The position numbers were made by a program, and so were the translations under genes. A model generated the notes under the pieces. It was not told where the DNA came from. It did no database searches and worked only from the letters and a program-made list of their open reading frames with translations. Positions 9,182 through 16,943 of a DNA stretch of 20,000 bases are shown here, piece by piece. This DNA comes from an uncultured virus (IMG/VR IMGVR_UViG_3300032116_000114) (Duplodnaviria; Heunggongvirae; Uroviricota; Caudoviricetes), in IMG/VR virus record IMGVR_UViG_3300032116_000114, positions 58,484 to 78,483 of that record. One strand, written 5' to 3'. The number at the start of each line of letters is the position of its first letter. The first letter of the stretch is position 1.

Positions 9182-9759
9182 TGCCAGATATTGACATAGA
9201 CTTCGTAGACAGAGATCAAGCATTAACTTTGTTTAAACATATCCCTGCCAGTAGAAAAGACAACGGAAAACTTGTTAAACATAACACTGGGGTGTACTTG
9301 CACCCTGTGCCGGTTGATCCTGTCACGGGCCTATGTTCAATACCATATGAACAGGCAGAAGATGAAAAATATTTCAAAATAGATTTTCTTAATGTTGGAA
9401 TTTATAAAGGTGTAAGAGACGAAACACACCTAGTTCAATTAATGGAGACTGAACCACTATGGGACCTATTGGAACAAGACGACTTTGTAAATCTGTTATT
9501 TCATTTGAACGGGCATGGAGATATAATCCGGAAGACCCTACCGACTTCCGTGGAACAATTATCTGCCGTCCTTGCTATGATCCGCCCAGCCAAACGTTAT
9601 CTGATTGGGAAAGACTGGACTACGATCATGAAGGAAGTATGGACGAAACCAGAGAATGGTGATTATTATTTTAAGAAGAGTCATGCCACTGCCTATGCAG
9701 TTGCCATTGTTGTGCAGATGAATTTAATTTGCGAACAGATTAGTTATGGATATGCGTAA
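9181..9759 (+). CDS. dnaE: Miniature family-C (DnaE/Pol III alpha-like) polymerase catalytic core
   Basis: MPDIDIDF, KHNTGVY, KIDFLN, LAMIRP, YYFKKSHATAYA: the DnaE motifs in correct order within only 192 aa. Confidence 0.85.
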   Translation: MPDIDIDFVDRDQALTLFKHIPASRKDNGKLVKHNTGVYLHPVPVDPVTGLCSIPYEQAEDEKYFKIDFLNVGIYKGVRDETHLVQLMETEPLWDLLEQDDFVNLLFHLNGHGDIIRKTLPTSVEQLSAVLAMIRPAKRYLIGKDWTTIMKEVWTKPENGDYYFKKSHATAYAVAIVVQMNLICEQISYGYA

Positions 9760-10319
9760 TGGATTTTGATGCATTTAGTACAGCACAGATGCAGTCAAAG
9801 CTATGGCTCGTTGAAAGATTAGAACGAACTCTAGAAGAGCATAGACCTATTGAAGACGGCTATCGAATTTGGATTCTAGCAGGATGGTATGCTGTTGCTA
9901 ATTTATTAATTCGTGTACGTAGTAAAATACCTGTGCTAGAAGTTAGAAGTTTTGATCAGGATCCTTCCTGCGAAGCTATTGCAGATTCAATTAATAATTT
10001 GTGGGTCTATCGAGCCTGGGAGTTTAAGGCGCATACTGCTGACATAAATTTACTTGAATATAAACCTAAGCCAGATATAGTGATTAATTCAAGCGTCGAG
10101 CACATGCAATCAAAGTTATGGTTTGAAAATATTCCCAAAGGAACGGTAGTGTGTTTGCAAGCCAGCGATATGATCGACGACGATCATGTGAATCCAATGT
10201 CTGCTATTCGAGAATTAATGGATAAATATCCACTAGATGAAATACTATACGACGGTATAAAACGTTTTGAATTTGAAGATAAGGCCTTTAATCGTGTAAT
10301 GATTATTGGTGTTAAGTAG
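9759..10319 (+). CDS. Class I SAM-dependent methyltransferase-like protein
   Basis: WILAGWYA (motif I-like), VRSFDQDP (acidic motif II), DIVINSSVEHM; TAATG overlap with the mini-DnaE. Confidence 0.65.
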   Translation: MDFDAFSTAQMQSKLWLVERLERTLEEHRPIEDGYRIWILAGWYAVANLLIRVRSKIPVLEVRSFDQDPSCEAIADSINNLWVYRAWEFKAHTADINLLEYKPKPDIVINSSVEHMQSKLWFENIPKGTVVCLQASDMIDDDHVNPMSAIRELMDKYPLDEILYDGIKRFEFEDKAFNRVMIIGVK

Positions 10320-10683
10320 GCCGTCTAATTAGTGTAATAGATTTACGCTTAATTCTTTTAATTATAATATCGTTTAGGCTAGTGCAAGGACCAAACAATA
10401 CTTTGGTATCTTTAGTGGAAAAATTTCTAATAGCATATCTAAATCCGTGTATTTCTCTTAACAAGAAAATATTGATAGGAATTTGACGATTTGATTCCCA
10501 CCACCACACTTCACCTAATTCTAAAAACTTAGCTTTTTCCTGATCAGTCTTAATGAGTGTATAATCATACATGCTTGTGATAGCAGAATCTTGGTTGATA
10601 ATTATGCCCACGTATTCCTGATCTACGTGGTTTACGACACTTATAAAGGGAAAGTTTTCTTGTAAATTTTCTGTGATTCTCAT
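10312..10683 (-). CDS. Hypothetical phage protein
   Basis: 123-aa ORF with WWWESNRQIPINIFL and a basic C-terminus; has its own upstream TATAAATA. Confidence 0.7.
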   Translation of the reverse strand: MRITENLQENFPFISVVNHVDQEYVGIIINQDSAITSMYDYTLIKTDQEKAKFLELGEVWWWESNRQIPINIFLLREIHGFRYAIRNFSTKDTKVLFGPCTSLNDIIIKRIKRKSITLIRRPT

Positions 10684-10685
10684 AG

Positions 10686-10738
10686 ATAAATATTGTAAAG
10701 GTCCGCTAGTGTATGCAACTCATTTCAGTTTATTTATA
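10686..10738. promoter_or_regulatory. Opposed late-promoter motifs for a divergent gene pair
   Basis: ATAAATA on + at 10686-10692; perfect TATAAATA on - at 10731-10738, inside the + gene. Confidence 0.6.
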
Positions 10739-11525
10739 TCCAAATAAGATAGACGTATTTACTAATACGTTAGCCGCCTGGCAAACAGAGAGGTATCGTA
10801 GAGTGTATAATCGCAATTTAAAAATCCATCGTGGTGTTGATAATAGGGTAGACCTACAGGTACGAAATTCTGACCAGAAGGCCCAGGATATCACAGGATC
10901 ATATCTAGTGTTTAATCTAGTTAACAGGGAATCTAAAGAACTCATATTACAAAAAGATTGTGTAATTCAAACGGCTGCAAGTGGAAGGGCATATGTTATT
11001 TTATCTAATGCTGAATTAGCCAACATAGAACCTGGCTTTTACCAATACTCTGTTAATACAGAAACAAGAACAGTTGACGGCAATACACACATAACAACTG
11101 CAAAAAATCCTTTATATATTGACAGTCAATACGGAGCATTTAGTCCTATAGAAATTCACGGAGATGTCTTTGGTGAACCTGTAGACAGCGTTGTAATCAA
11201 AGAATTTAAAAACTACCAACCCTACGATCCAGCAACACGGTTATATTTTATCAGTGGAATTATTGACGCACAACCGCAGTACGGCACACCGCAAAGTCTA
11301 CATACATTCCAAATTAACACAACAAACTATAATGGAGATATCATTATACAAGGTAGTCAAAGTGCAGGCGGTAATCCAGAACGTTGGGTAGATTTAGAAA
11401 CAATTACTGCTACTATGGATCCAATTGTCTATCAAAATATTGTTGGAAAATATAATTGGTTTAGGATTAAACACATTCCGGAATTATCAAACATAGGAAC
11501 TGTTGACAGCATACTATATAGATAG
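10713..11525 (+). CDS. Probable virion structural protein (BppU-like N-terminal beta-sandwich)
   Basis: Beta-rich 270 aa; LKIHRGVDNRVDLQVRNSDQKAQDITG pattern; late-promoter motif upstream. Confidence 0.5.
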   Translation: MQLISVYLYPNKIDVFTNTLAAWQTERYRRVYNRNLKIHRGVDNRVDLQVRNSDQKAQDITGSYLVFNLVNRESKELILQKDCVIQTAASGRAYVILSNAELANIEPGFYQYSVNTETRTVDGNTHITTAKNPLYIDSQYGAFSPIEIHGDVFGEPVDSVVIKEFKNYQPYDPATRLYFISGIIDAQPQYGTPQSLHTFQINTTNYNGDIIIQGSQSAGGNPERWVDLETITATMDPIVYQNIVGKYNWFRIKHIPELSNIGTVDSILYR

Positions 11526-11531
11526 TATACT
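11503..11531 (+). promoter_or_regulatory. sigma70-type promoter for primase, probably leaderless
   Basis: TTGACA (11503-11508), 17-nt spacer, TATACT (11526-11531). ATG lies 6 nt downstream with no SD. Confidence 0.75.
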
Positions 11532-11537
11532 GTATAC

Positions 11538-12560
11538 ATGACTCTTGTTCTTGATAAGTTTAGAACTCTTCTTCCTTCGAAATTAAAATCCAGTCCTAGT
11601 GGCTGGATTAGTTTCAATGCGCCCTGTTGTCATAATAGAGGTCATGCTCATGATACTAGAAAGCGTGGCGGTATCATTATCAATGACAGTATTGTTTATA
11701 ATTGTTTCAATTGCAAGTACTCCACAGGATGGAAACCCGGAAGCCCAATAACTCCAAAGTTTAAGAGTCTGTGCCAATGGTTAGGTGCCAACGACGACGA
11801 TATCAAGCAATTGATATTTGAAGCACTTAAAACTGAATCAACAGACTATCAACCAGAAACATTTGTTGAAAAGCCCGCCTTTACAGAAAAATCATTACCC
11901 GAAGGTGCATTGCCTTTAGTAGAATGGTTAGACGCAAAATTAACCAGCGATGAAGAACAACGACTAATAGAAGTAGTTGAGTACGTGGCTAATAGAGGAT
12001 ATGATCCTGTTAGCAAGCATTTCTATTGGACTCCCTTGTCTGGTTATGCTGATAGAGTTATTATACCATTTCAATATGAAGGCAAGATTGTAGGCAATAC
12101 CGCTAGAAAGGTTCGAGAAGGAAAGCCTAAATATCTGTCAGATCAACATCCCTTCTTTGTGTTTAATGTTGACGAGCAATCAGAACTACATCGATATCTG
12201 TTTGTAGTTGAAGGCCCGTTTGATGCCCTTAGCATAGATGGTGTTGCATTACTCACTAATGAAATATCCGATCAACAGGCAAGGATAATTAACAATATAG
12301 GTAAAGAAGTGATTGTTATACCTGATCAAGACAAAGCAGGCACAATGTTAATAGATCAAGCTAAAAAACTAGGGTGGTCTATTGCATTTCCCACTTGGGA
12401 CGACACAGTTAAAGATTGTGCAGACGCAGTACTTAAATATGGAAAGTTATTTGTTGTGGTTGATGCTATAAAAACTGCAACAGCAAATCCAGCAAAGATC
12501 GAAATTGAAAAAAGAAAGATGCTAAACAAAATAGCATTATTGGAGAATCAAAGTGATTAA
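11538..12560 (+). CDS. dnaG: DNA primase (DnaG/T4 gp61-like)
   Basis: Zn-binding FNAPCC...YNCFNC; RVIIPF, TAR, PKYL; Toprim motifs VVEGPFDA, IPDQDKAG, KDCADA. Confidence 0.9.
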   Translation: MTLVLDKFRTLLPSKLKSSPSGWISFNAPCCHNRGHAHDTRKRGGIIINDSIVYNCFNCKYSTGWKPGSPITPKFKSLCQWLGANDDDIKQLIFEALKTESTDYQPETFVEKPAFTEKSLPEGALPLVEWLDAKLTSDEEQRLIEVVEYVANRGYDPVSKHFYWTPLSGYADRVIIPFQYEGKIVGNTARKVREGKPKYLSDQHPFFVFNVDEQSELHRYLFVVEGPFDALSIDGVALLTNEISDQQARIINNIGKEVIVIPDQDKAGTMLIDQAKKLGWSIAFPTWDDTVKDCADAVLKYGKLFVVVDAIKTATANPAKIEIEKRKMLNKIALLENQSD

Positions 12561-12669
12561 AAAAATATTAGATTTTATTTTATATCCGTGGCACAAATAT
12601 CAAGAACGCAAGGCATGGAAAAAACGTTTAGAAGAATTGCGTAAACGTGATCCATTTATCTACAAATGA
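12553..12669 (+). CDS. 38-aa basic small protein
   Basis: Not in the track. GGAG SD at 12542-12545, GTG start, MIKKILDFILYPWHKYQERKAWKKRLEELRKRDPFIYK. Fills the gap and overlaps the next gene by ATGA. Confidence 0.75.
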   Translation: MIKKILDFILYPWHKYQERKAWKKRLEELRKRDPFIYK

Positions 12670-13619
12670 TTGCGTGGGGGGTAAATGCCCTTAATCACGG
12701 TAATAGTCTTGCTGTTTTTAAAGACGGCAAACTAATATCTAATCGTAGTTCTAAAGAAGATACACTCGATAGAAATGCTATTTTTGAAGCATTTCATTTA
12801 GGATCTCCTGATAGAATATTTTGGTACGAACGGCCTTGGATTAAAAAAGCAAGGCAAGTAAAAGCTGGACAATACAGTAGAGCATTTGATCTAAGTGTAT
12901 TACCAAGTCGATATCTAAAAAATATAAGAATTGGCTACGCACCGATTACCTATACATCACATCATGCCAGTCACGCTGCCGCAGGCTACTATACCAGTCC
13001 TTTCAATCATTGTGCTATTGTAGTGCTTGATGCGATAGGCGAATTTGAATGTGCCACCATTTGGCAAGGCCTACACGGCGAAATGAAAAAAGTATGGTCA
13101 AAAAGTTATCCTAACAGTCTTGGTTTATTCTATTCAGCATTCACACAAATGCTAGGGATGACTCCAATACAAGATGAATACCTATTGCAACAAATGGCAG
13201 AGAAGGGCGATCCGGTCCGATTTAGAAGCAGTTTAGATTTATACTTTGGAAAAAATGGACCTATTGATATTAATTATAACTTCCATCGCGGAGTTGGGAA
13301 TTGGGGCATAGACTGCATGGGTTTGCAAGATGTACACGATCTAGCAGCAGCCGTACAAGAACGATTCGAATTAGAAGTTGCCAAGATCATGTACAAGGCT
13401 AAAGAACTAACGGGTGCAGACAGTCTAGTCTACATGGGTGGATGTGCAATGAATTCAGCGGCCAACAAAAAAATAGTCGAACCTATGTGGCGGTATCGTT
13501 GGTCATTGTCTAATCCCGGAGATCCCAGTTCTAGTGTAGGTGCAGTATTATATCATACCAAACAACGTGAATGGAATTATGACTTTGGTGTTGCAAAACA
13601 CCTAGCAATTAGTGTATAA
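12666..13619 (+). CDS. Carbamoyltransferase (NodU/CmcH/TobZ family), N-terminal Kae1-like domain only
   Basis: HHASHAAAGYYTSPF, LDAIGE, SLGLFYSAFT, GGCAMNSAAN, NPGD. 317 aa with no YrdC-like C-terminal domain. Confidence 0.85.
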   Translation: MIAWGVNALNHGNSLAVFKDGKLISNRSSKEDTLDRNAIFEAFHLGSPDRIFWYERPWIKKARQVKAGQYSRAFDLSVLPSRYLKNIRIGYAPITYTSHHASHAAAGYYTSPFNHCAIVVLDAIGEFECATIWQGLHGEMKKVWSKSYPNSLGLFYSAFTQMLGMTPIQDEYLLQQMAEKGDPVRFRSSLDLYFGKNGPIDINYNFHRGVGNWGIDCMGLQDVHDLAAAVQERFELEVAKIMYKAKELTGADSLVYMGGCAMNSAANKKIVEPMWRYRWSLSNPGDPSSSVGAVLYHTKQREWNYDFGVAKHLAISV

Positions 13620-13620
13620 T
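13591..13620 (+). promoter_or_regulatory. sigma70-type promoter for the replicative helicase, probably leaderless
   Basis: TTGCAA (13591-13596), 18-nt spacer, TATAAT (13615-13620). ATG lies 5 nt downstream with no SD. Confidence 0.65.
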
Positions 13621-13625
13621 ATATT

Positions 13626-15062
13626 ATGATAAAGACATACGACTACGAAGTACAAAAATTATATCTTGAACTCATGCTGGCAGATGCAGAAGTATTTGTT
13701 CGCTGTCAGGGTATTTTTGATCACAGCCTATTTGATCGTAAACTACAAGATGCGGCAGAATTCATCCACGAGTATGCCAAAGGCTACAATGTATTACCAG
13801 ACTATGAAATGGTCAATGCCACTTGCAGAACCGAACTTAAACGACCCGATGACCTTAAAGAAGGCCACATGGATTGGTTTATGGATGAGTTTGAAAAGTT
13901 TACTCAACACAAGGCTCTTGAACGTGCAATTATTGAATCAGCCGAATTACTTGAAAAACATGACTACGGTGCAGTAGAAGTCCTAATTAAAGAAGCCGTC
14001 CAAATTGGTCTTGCTCGTGATATGGGAACAGACTACTTTGCTGATCCTCGTGGTCGATTGATGGGCATCAAAGACAAGAACGGACAGGTATCAACTGGAT
14101 GGCCTTGTATGGATCGTAAACTGTTTGGCGGTATGAACAGAGGAGAACTCAATATCTTTGCAGGTGGCTCAGGTGCAGGTAAATCTTTGTTCTTGGCTAA
14201 TCTAGGAGTTAACTGGGCCTTGATGGGTCTTAATGTTGTTTATCTAACACTTGAACTTTCAGAAGCACTGGTTAGTATGCGTATCGATGCCATGCTGACA
14301 GGAACGTCAACTAAAGATATTTTCAAAGACATCGACGACGTTGAAATGAAGGTCAAGATTATTGGTAAAAAAGCAGGATTGCTACAGGTCAAATATATGC
14401 CAAGTGGCAAGACTGCTAATGACATTCGTGCATACTTGAAAGAATATGAAATCAAAGTGGGCAAGAAAGTAGATGTGCTGTTAGTTGACTACCTAGACTT
14501 GTTAATGCCTGTGAGCAAGAAGATCAGCCCAGCAGACCTGTTTATTAAAGACAAGTATGTGTCAGAAGAATTGCGTAATCTAGCAGTAGAAAAGAACTGT
14601 GTGTTCGTCACAGCCGCCCAGTTGAATCGTGGTGCTGTAGAAGAAGTTGAGTTTGATCACAGTCATATCTCAGGTGGACTAAGTAAGATTCAAACAGCAG
14701 ACAACGTGTTTGGTATCTTTACATCAAGGGCCATGCGTGAGCGTGGACGCTATCAAATTCAATTGATGAAGACACGTTCATCGAGCGGAGTTGGCATGAA
14801 GATTGATCTAGAGTTTAATCTAGAAAGTCTTCGAATCTCAGACCTGCCAGAAGATGAACAAGAAAATAACGGTGCAACAAGTCGAGGTAGTTCGAGTATT
14901 ATTGAAAGTATCAAGGCTCGCAGTACCATACAAAGTCGCATTGACGATGATGGGGTCATTCACGATCCTACACAAGGAGCTCCTGTAGGCAAGATTAGAG
15001 CCACAGTTGAAAGTTCTAAGATGCGTGAGATTTTAAACAAGCAGTTCGGTGATGAAGACTAA
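13626..15062 (+). CDS. dnaB: Replicative DNA helicase (DnaB/T4 gp41-like)
   Basis: STGW..MD, Walker A AGGSGAGKS, YLTLEL, LLVDYLDL, TAAQLNR, TADNVF, KTR. Confidence 0.93.
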   Translation: MIKTYDYEVQKLYLELMLADAEVFVRCQGIFDHSLFDRKLQDAAEFIHEYAKGYNVLPDYEMVNATCRTELKRPDDLKEGHMDWFMDEFEKFTQHKALERAIIESAELLEKHDYGAVEVLIKEAVQIGLARDMGTDYFADPRGRLMGIKDKNGQVSTGWPCMDRKLFGGMNRGELNIFAGGSGAGKSLFLANLGVNWALMGLNVVYLTLELSEALVSMRIDAMLTGTSTKDIFKDIDDVEMKVKIIGKKAGLLQVKYMPSGKTANDIRAYLKEYEIKVGKKVDVLLVDYLDLLMPVSKKISPADLFIKDKYVSEELRNLAVEKNCVFVTAAQLNRGAVEEVEFDHSHISGGLSKIQTADNVFGIFTSRAMRERGRYQIQLMKTRSSSGVGMKIDLEFNLESLRISDLPEDEQENNGATSRGSSSIIESIKARSTIQSRIDDDGVIHDPTQGAPVGKIRATVESSKMREILNKQFGDED

Positions 15063-15288
15063 ACGAGTAGAATTATTAAAGTGGTTGCCTGAAGAGGGCG
15101 AATACATAGCAATAGATTGGCCCAAAGTACACAAAACAATTGGATTAGATCATACTAACTGGTTGTTAAAACAACCTGAAAATATCTGTCAATTGGTACT
15201 AGAAAGAAACGACATGCACTGTCGTTTAATTGCAGAATTCTATAATGATCAAGCATTGACTAATTACCACTTGATGTGGGCTAAATAA
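15049..15288 (+). CDS. Hypothetical protein
   Basis: 79-aa ORF overlapping the helicase stop and filling the gap to the next gene. Confidence 0.6.
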   Translation: MMKTKRVELLKWLPEEGEYIAIDWPKVHKTIGLDHTNWLLKQPENICQLVLERNDMHCRLIAEFYNDQALTNYHLMWAK

Positions 15289-15291
15289 TGA

Positions 15292-16002
15292 ATGCGTCTA
15301 AGAGAATTACACGAACGATCAGATATAATCACAGTTAATCGCCGTCTTAATCCCAAGATATGGGACGGTGAAGAACTGGACCCGGCGGTGGCGCAAAAGC
15401 TCAAAGAAATAGCACTGGCCTTTGAAGAATTCATCGGCGTTGACCTAGATGTAGTAGATTACACAATAACAGGATCAAATGCCAATTATACGTGGACTGA
15501 GCACAGTGACCTAGATCTACACATAATTGTCAAGGGTGCTGTCAGTGACAACGATCGTGAACTATTCAATGCCAAAAAGGCACTCTGGGGCGAACAACAC
15601 AACATAACCATCAAAGGTCTTCCTGTTGAGTGTTATGTTCAAGGACAACAAGAAGAACACCACAGCACCGGAGTGTATAGCATAGCTGGCAATCAATGGC
15701 TGGTCGAACCAAAGAAAATAAAACCAGAAGTAGATGACAGTGCTGTGGAACGTAAAAAAGACGCAGTCATTCACGACATTGAAACTGCGCTATTAAGTAA
15801 AGATCTTACAAAACTTCGTGCAGTCAAAGAAAAGATCACTAAAATGCGCAAAGCAGGTCTTGAACGTGCCGGAGAGTGGTCAGTGGAAAACCTAGTTTTC
15901 AAAATACTCCGAAACCTAGGTCTTATTGATCAAATTGCGGACAAGATCCGCGAACTAGAAGATCAAGAGCTGAGCCTAGAACAGACTCAGTCTTTGGATT
16001 AA
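15292..16002 (+). CDS. Pol-beta superfamily nucleotidyltransferase
   Basis: hGS...DhDh signature TITGSNANY...SDLDLHII and third acidic residue in VECYVQ. CTAAATA at 15281-15287 upstream. Confidence 0.8.
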   Translation: MRLRELHERSDIITVNRRLNPKIWDGEELDPAVAQKLKEIALAFEEFIGVDLDVVDYTITGSNANYTWTEHSDLDLHIIVKGAVSDNDRELFNAKKALWGEQHNITIKGLPVECYVQGQQEEHHSTGVYSIAGNQWLVEPKKIKPEVDDSAVERKKDAVIHDIETALLSKDLTKLRAVKEKITKMRKAGLERAGEWSVENLVFKILRNLGLIDQIADKIRELEDQELSLEQTQSLD

Positions 16003-16133
16003 TTGATCTTATAACAGTCGTAGACATCCCAAGAGTATATAGAATACACTATAAATTTAGTGGCTGCTTCTAGTGTTGGGAATGTTCTAGATCTCAATTG
16101 ACCAGTGGTCAAATAATACTTTATACGCCACAT
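15999..16133 (-). CDS. 44-aa hypothetical protein
   Basis: Not in the track. MWRIKYYLTTGQLRSRTFPTLEAATKFIVYSIYSWDVYDCYKIN. TGATG overlap with the BI-1 gene; its stop overlaps the convergent NTase stop. Confidence 0.6.
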   Translation of the reverse strand: MWRIKYYLTTGQLRSRTFPTLEAATKFIVYSIYSWDVYDCYKIN

Positions 16134-16807
16134 CAGTCTTTCTTAAGGCCAAACAACTGTAGCAGGTGAATGAACAGGTTGATAAAGTCCATGTAGAGTG
16201 TGAGTGCGCCAATGACTTCTTCTCGACCTGTATCGCCGTCTACTGTGACCAACTCACGAATCTTTTGAGTATCATAGGCAGTCAAGCCCAGGAACACAAT
16301 GATGGCAATGGCTGAAATAACCATCTGCATCACAGTTGAGCCAATAAAGATATTGATCACTGATGCAATTATGATGGCAATTAGGCCCACAAACATGAAC
16401 TTGCCTAGACTGTCCAAGCTCTGCTTGGTAAAATAACCATAGGCACTCATTACCGCAAACAACACAAAGGCGCTCATGAATGCACTCACGATCGATCCCA
16501 TGGTGAATACGGCAAAGATTGTGCTAAAGCTGAGACCCATTAGAGCGGCAAAAGCATACAAAAATAGCTGTAGTTGACCTTTGTTAAAACGCTCTTGTGC
16601 AAAGGCAAAGGCAAAAATGGCCACAAGTGGTGCAAAAATCACAATCCATTTTAGAGCACCCGTAAAAAAGAATGCCAATAGTTCCGGTGTAGTGCCCACC
16701 AAATAACTGACCAGCATGGATACCAAAACGGCCATGCTCATGTGGGCATAGACTCTGCCCATTGCTGAATTAACGGCTTCTGCCGAACGATATGCAAGTG
16801 TTGTCAT
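16133..16807 (-). CDS. Bax inhibitor-1/YccA (YbhL-like) family membrane protein
   Basis: About seven hydrophobic segments; YGYFTKQSL, FLGLTAYDTQKI, ALTLYMDFINLF signature; AGGAG SD. Confidence 0.93.
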   Translation of the reverse strand: MTTLAYRSAEAVNSAMGRVYAHMSMAVLVSMLVSYLVGTTPELLAFFFTGALKWIVIFAPLVAIFAFAFAQERFNKGQLQLFLYAFAALMGLSFSTIFAVFTMGSIVSAFMSAFVLFAVMSAYGYFTKQSLDSLGKFMFVGLIAIIIASVINIFIGSTVMQMVISAIAIIVFLGLTAYDTQKIRELVTVDGDTGREEVIGALTLYMDFINLFIHLLQLFGLKKD

Positions 16808-16826
16808 AAATTTTCTCCTATACTTG

Positions 16827-16855
16827 ATTGTACAGTAAAATTATTTAGCTGTCAA
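16827..16855 (-). promoter_or_regulatory. sigma70-type promoter for the BI-1 gene
   Basis: TTGACA (16850-16855), 17-nt spacer, TACAAT (16827-16832). The spacer also contains CTAAATA. Confidence 0.75.
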
Positions 16856-16885
16856 CGGTTTTGGCAAGATCAATCGCGATTTTTC

Positions 16886-16914
16886 TTTACAATGGTTAAA
16901 TAGCAGTATATAAT
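16886..16914 (+). promoter_or_regulatory. sigma70-type promoter for the MCD-like gene
   Basis: TTTACA (16886-16891), 17-nt spacer, TATAAT (16909-16914). The spacer also contains TTAAATA. Confidence 0.65.
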
Positions 16915-16943
16915 GTAATACAAAATATAACTTAGTAGACATC

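Noticed and set aside
8933..10319. Frameshifted, intron-split or intein-split full-length dnaE
   Set aside because: Flanking ORFs show no PHP, HhH, OB or intein motifs. The missing parts include internal in-frame deletions, and the start and stop are cleanly coupled to the neighbours.
13560..13977. Frameshift continuation of the carbamoyltransferase into a C-terminal domain
   Set aside because: The helicase begins 6 nt after the stop, and no YrdC-like motifs (RALGxRS, RPFAP, LNTSFN) appear in the translated ORFs.
3055..15774. Short antisense or off-frame ORFs in the track (3055, 5343, 5648, 5841, 5863, 6139, 6353, 8083, 8855, 9459, 10730, 11432, 11583, 13666, 14240, 14759, 15562)
   Set aside because: They are shadows of longer, motif-supported genes.
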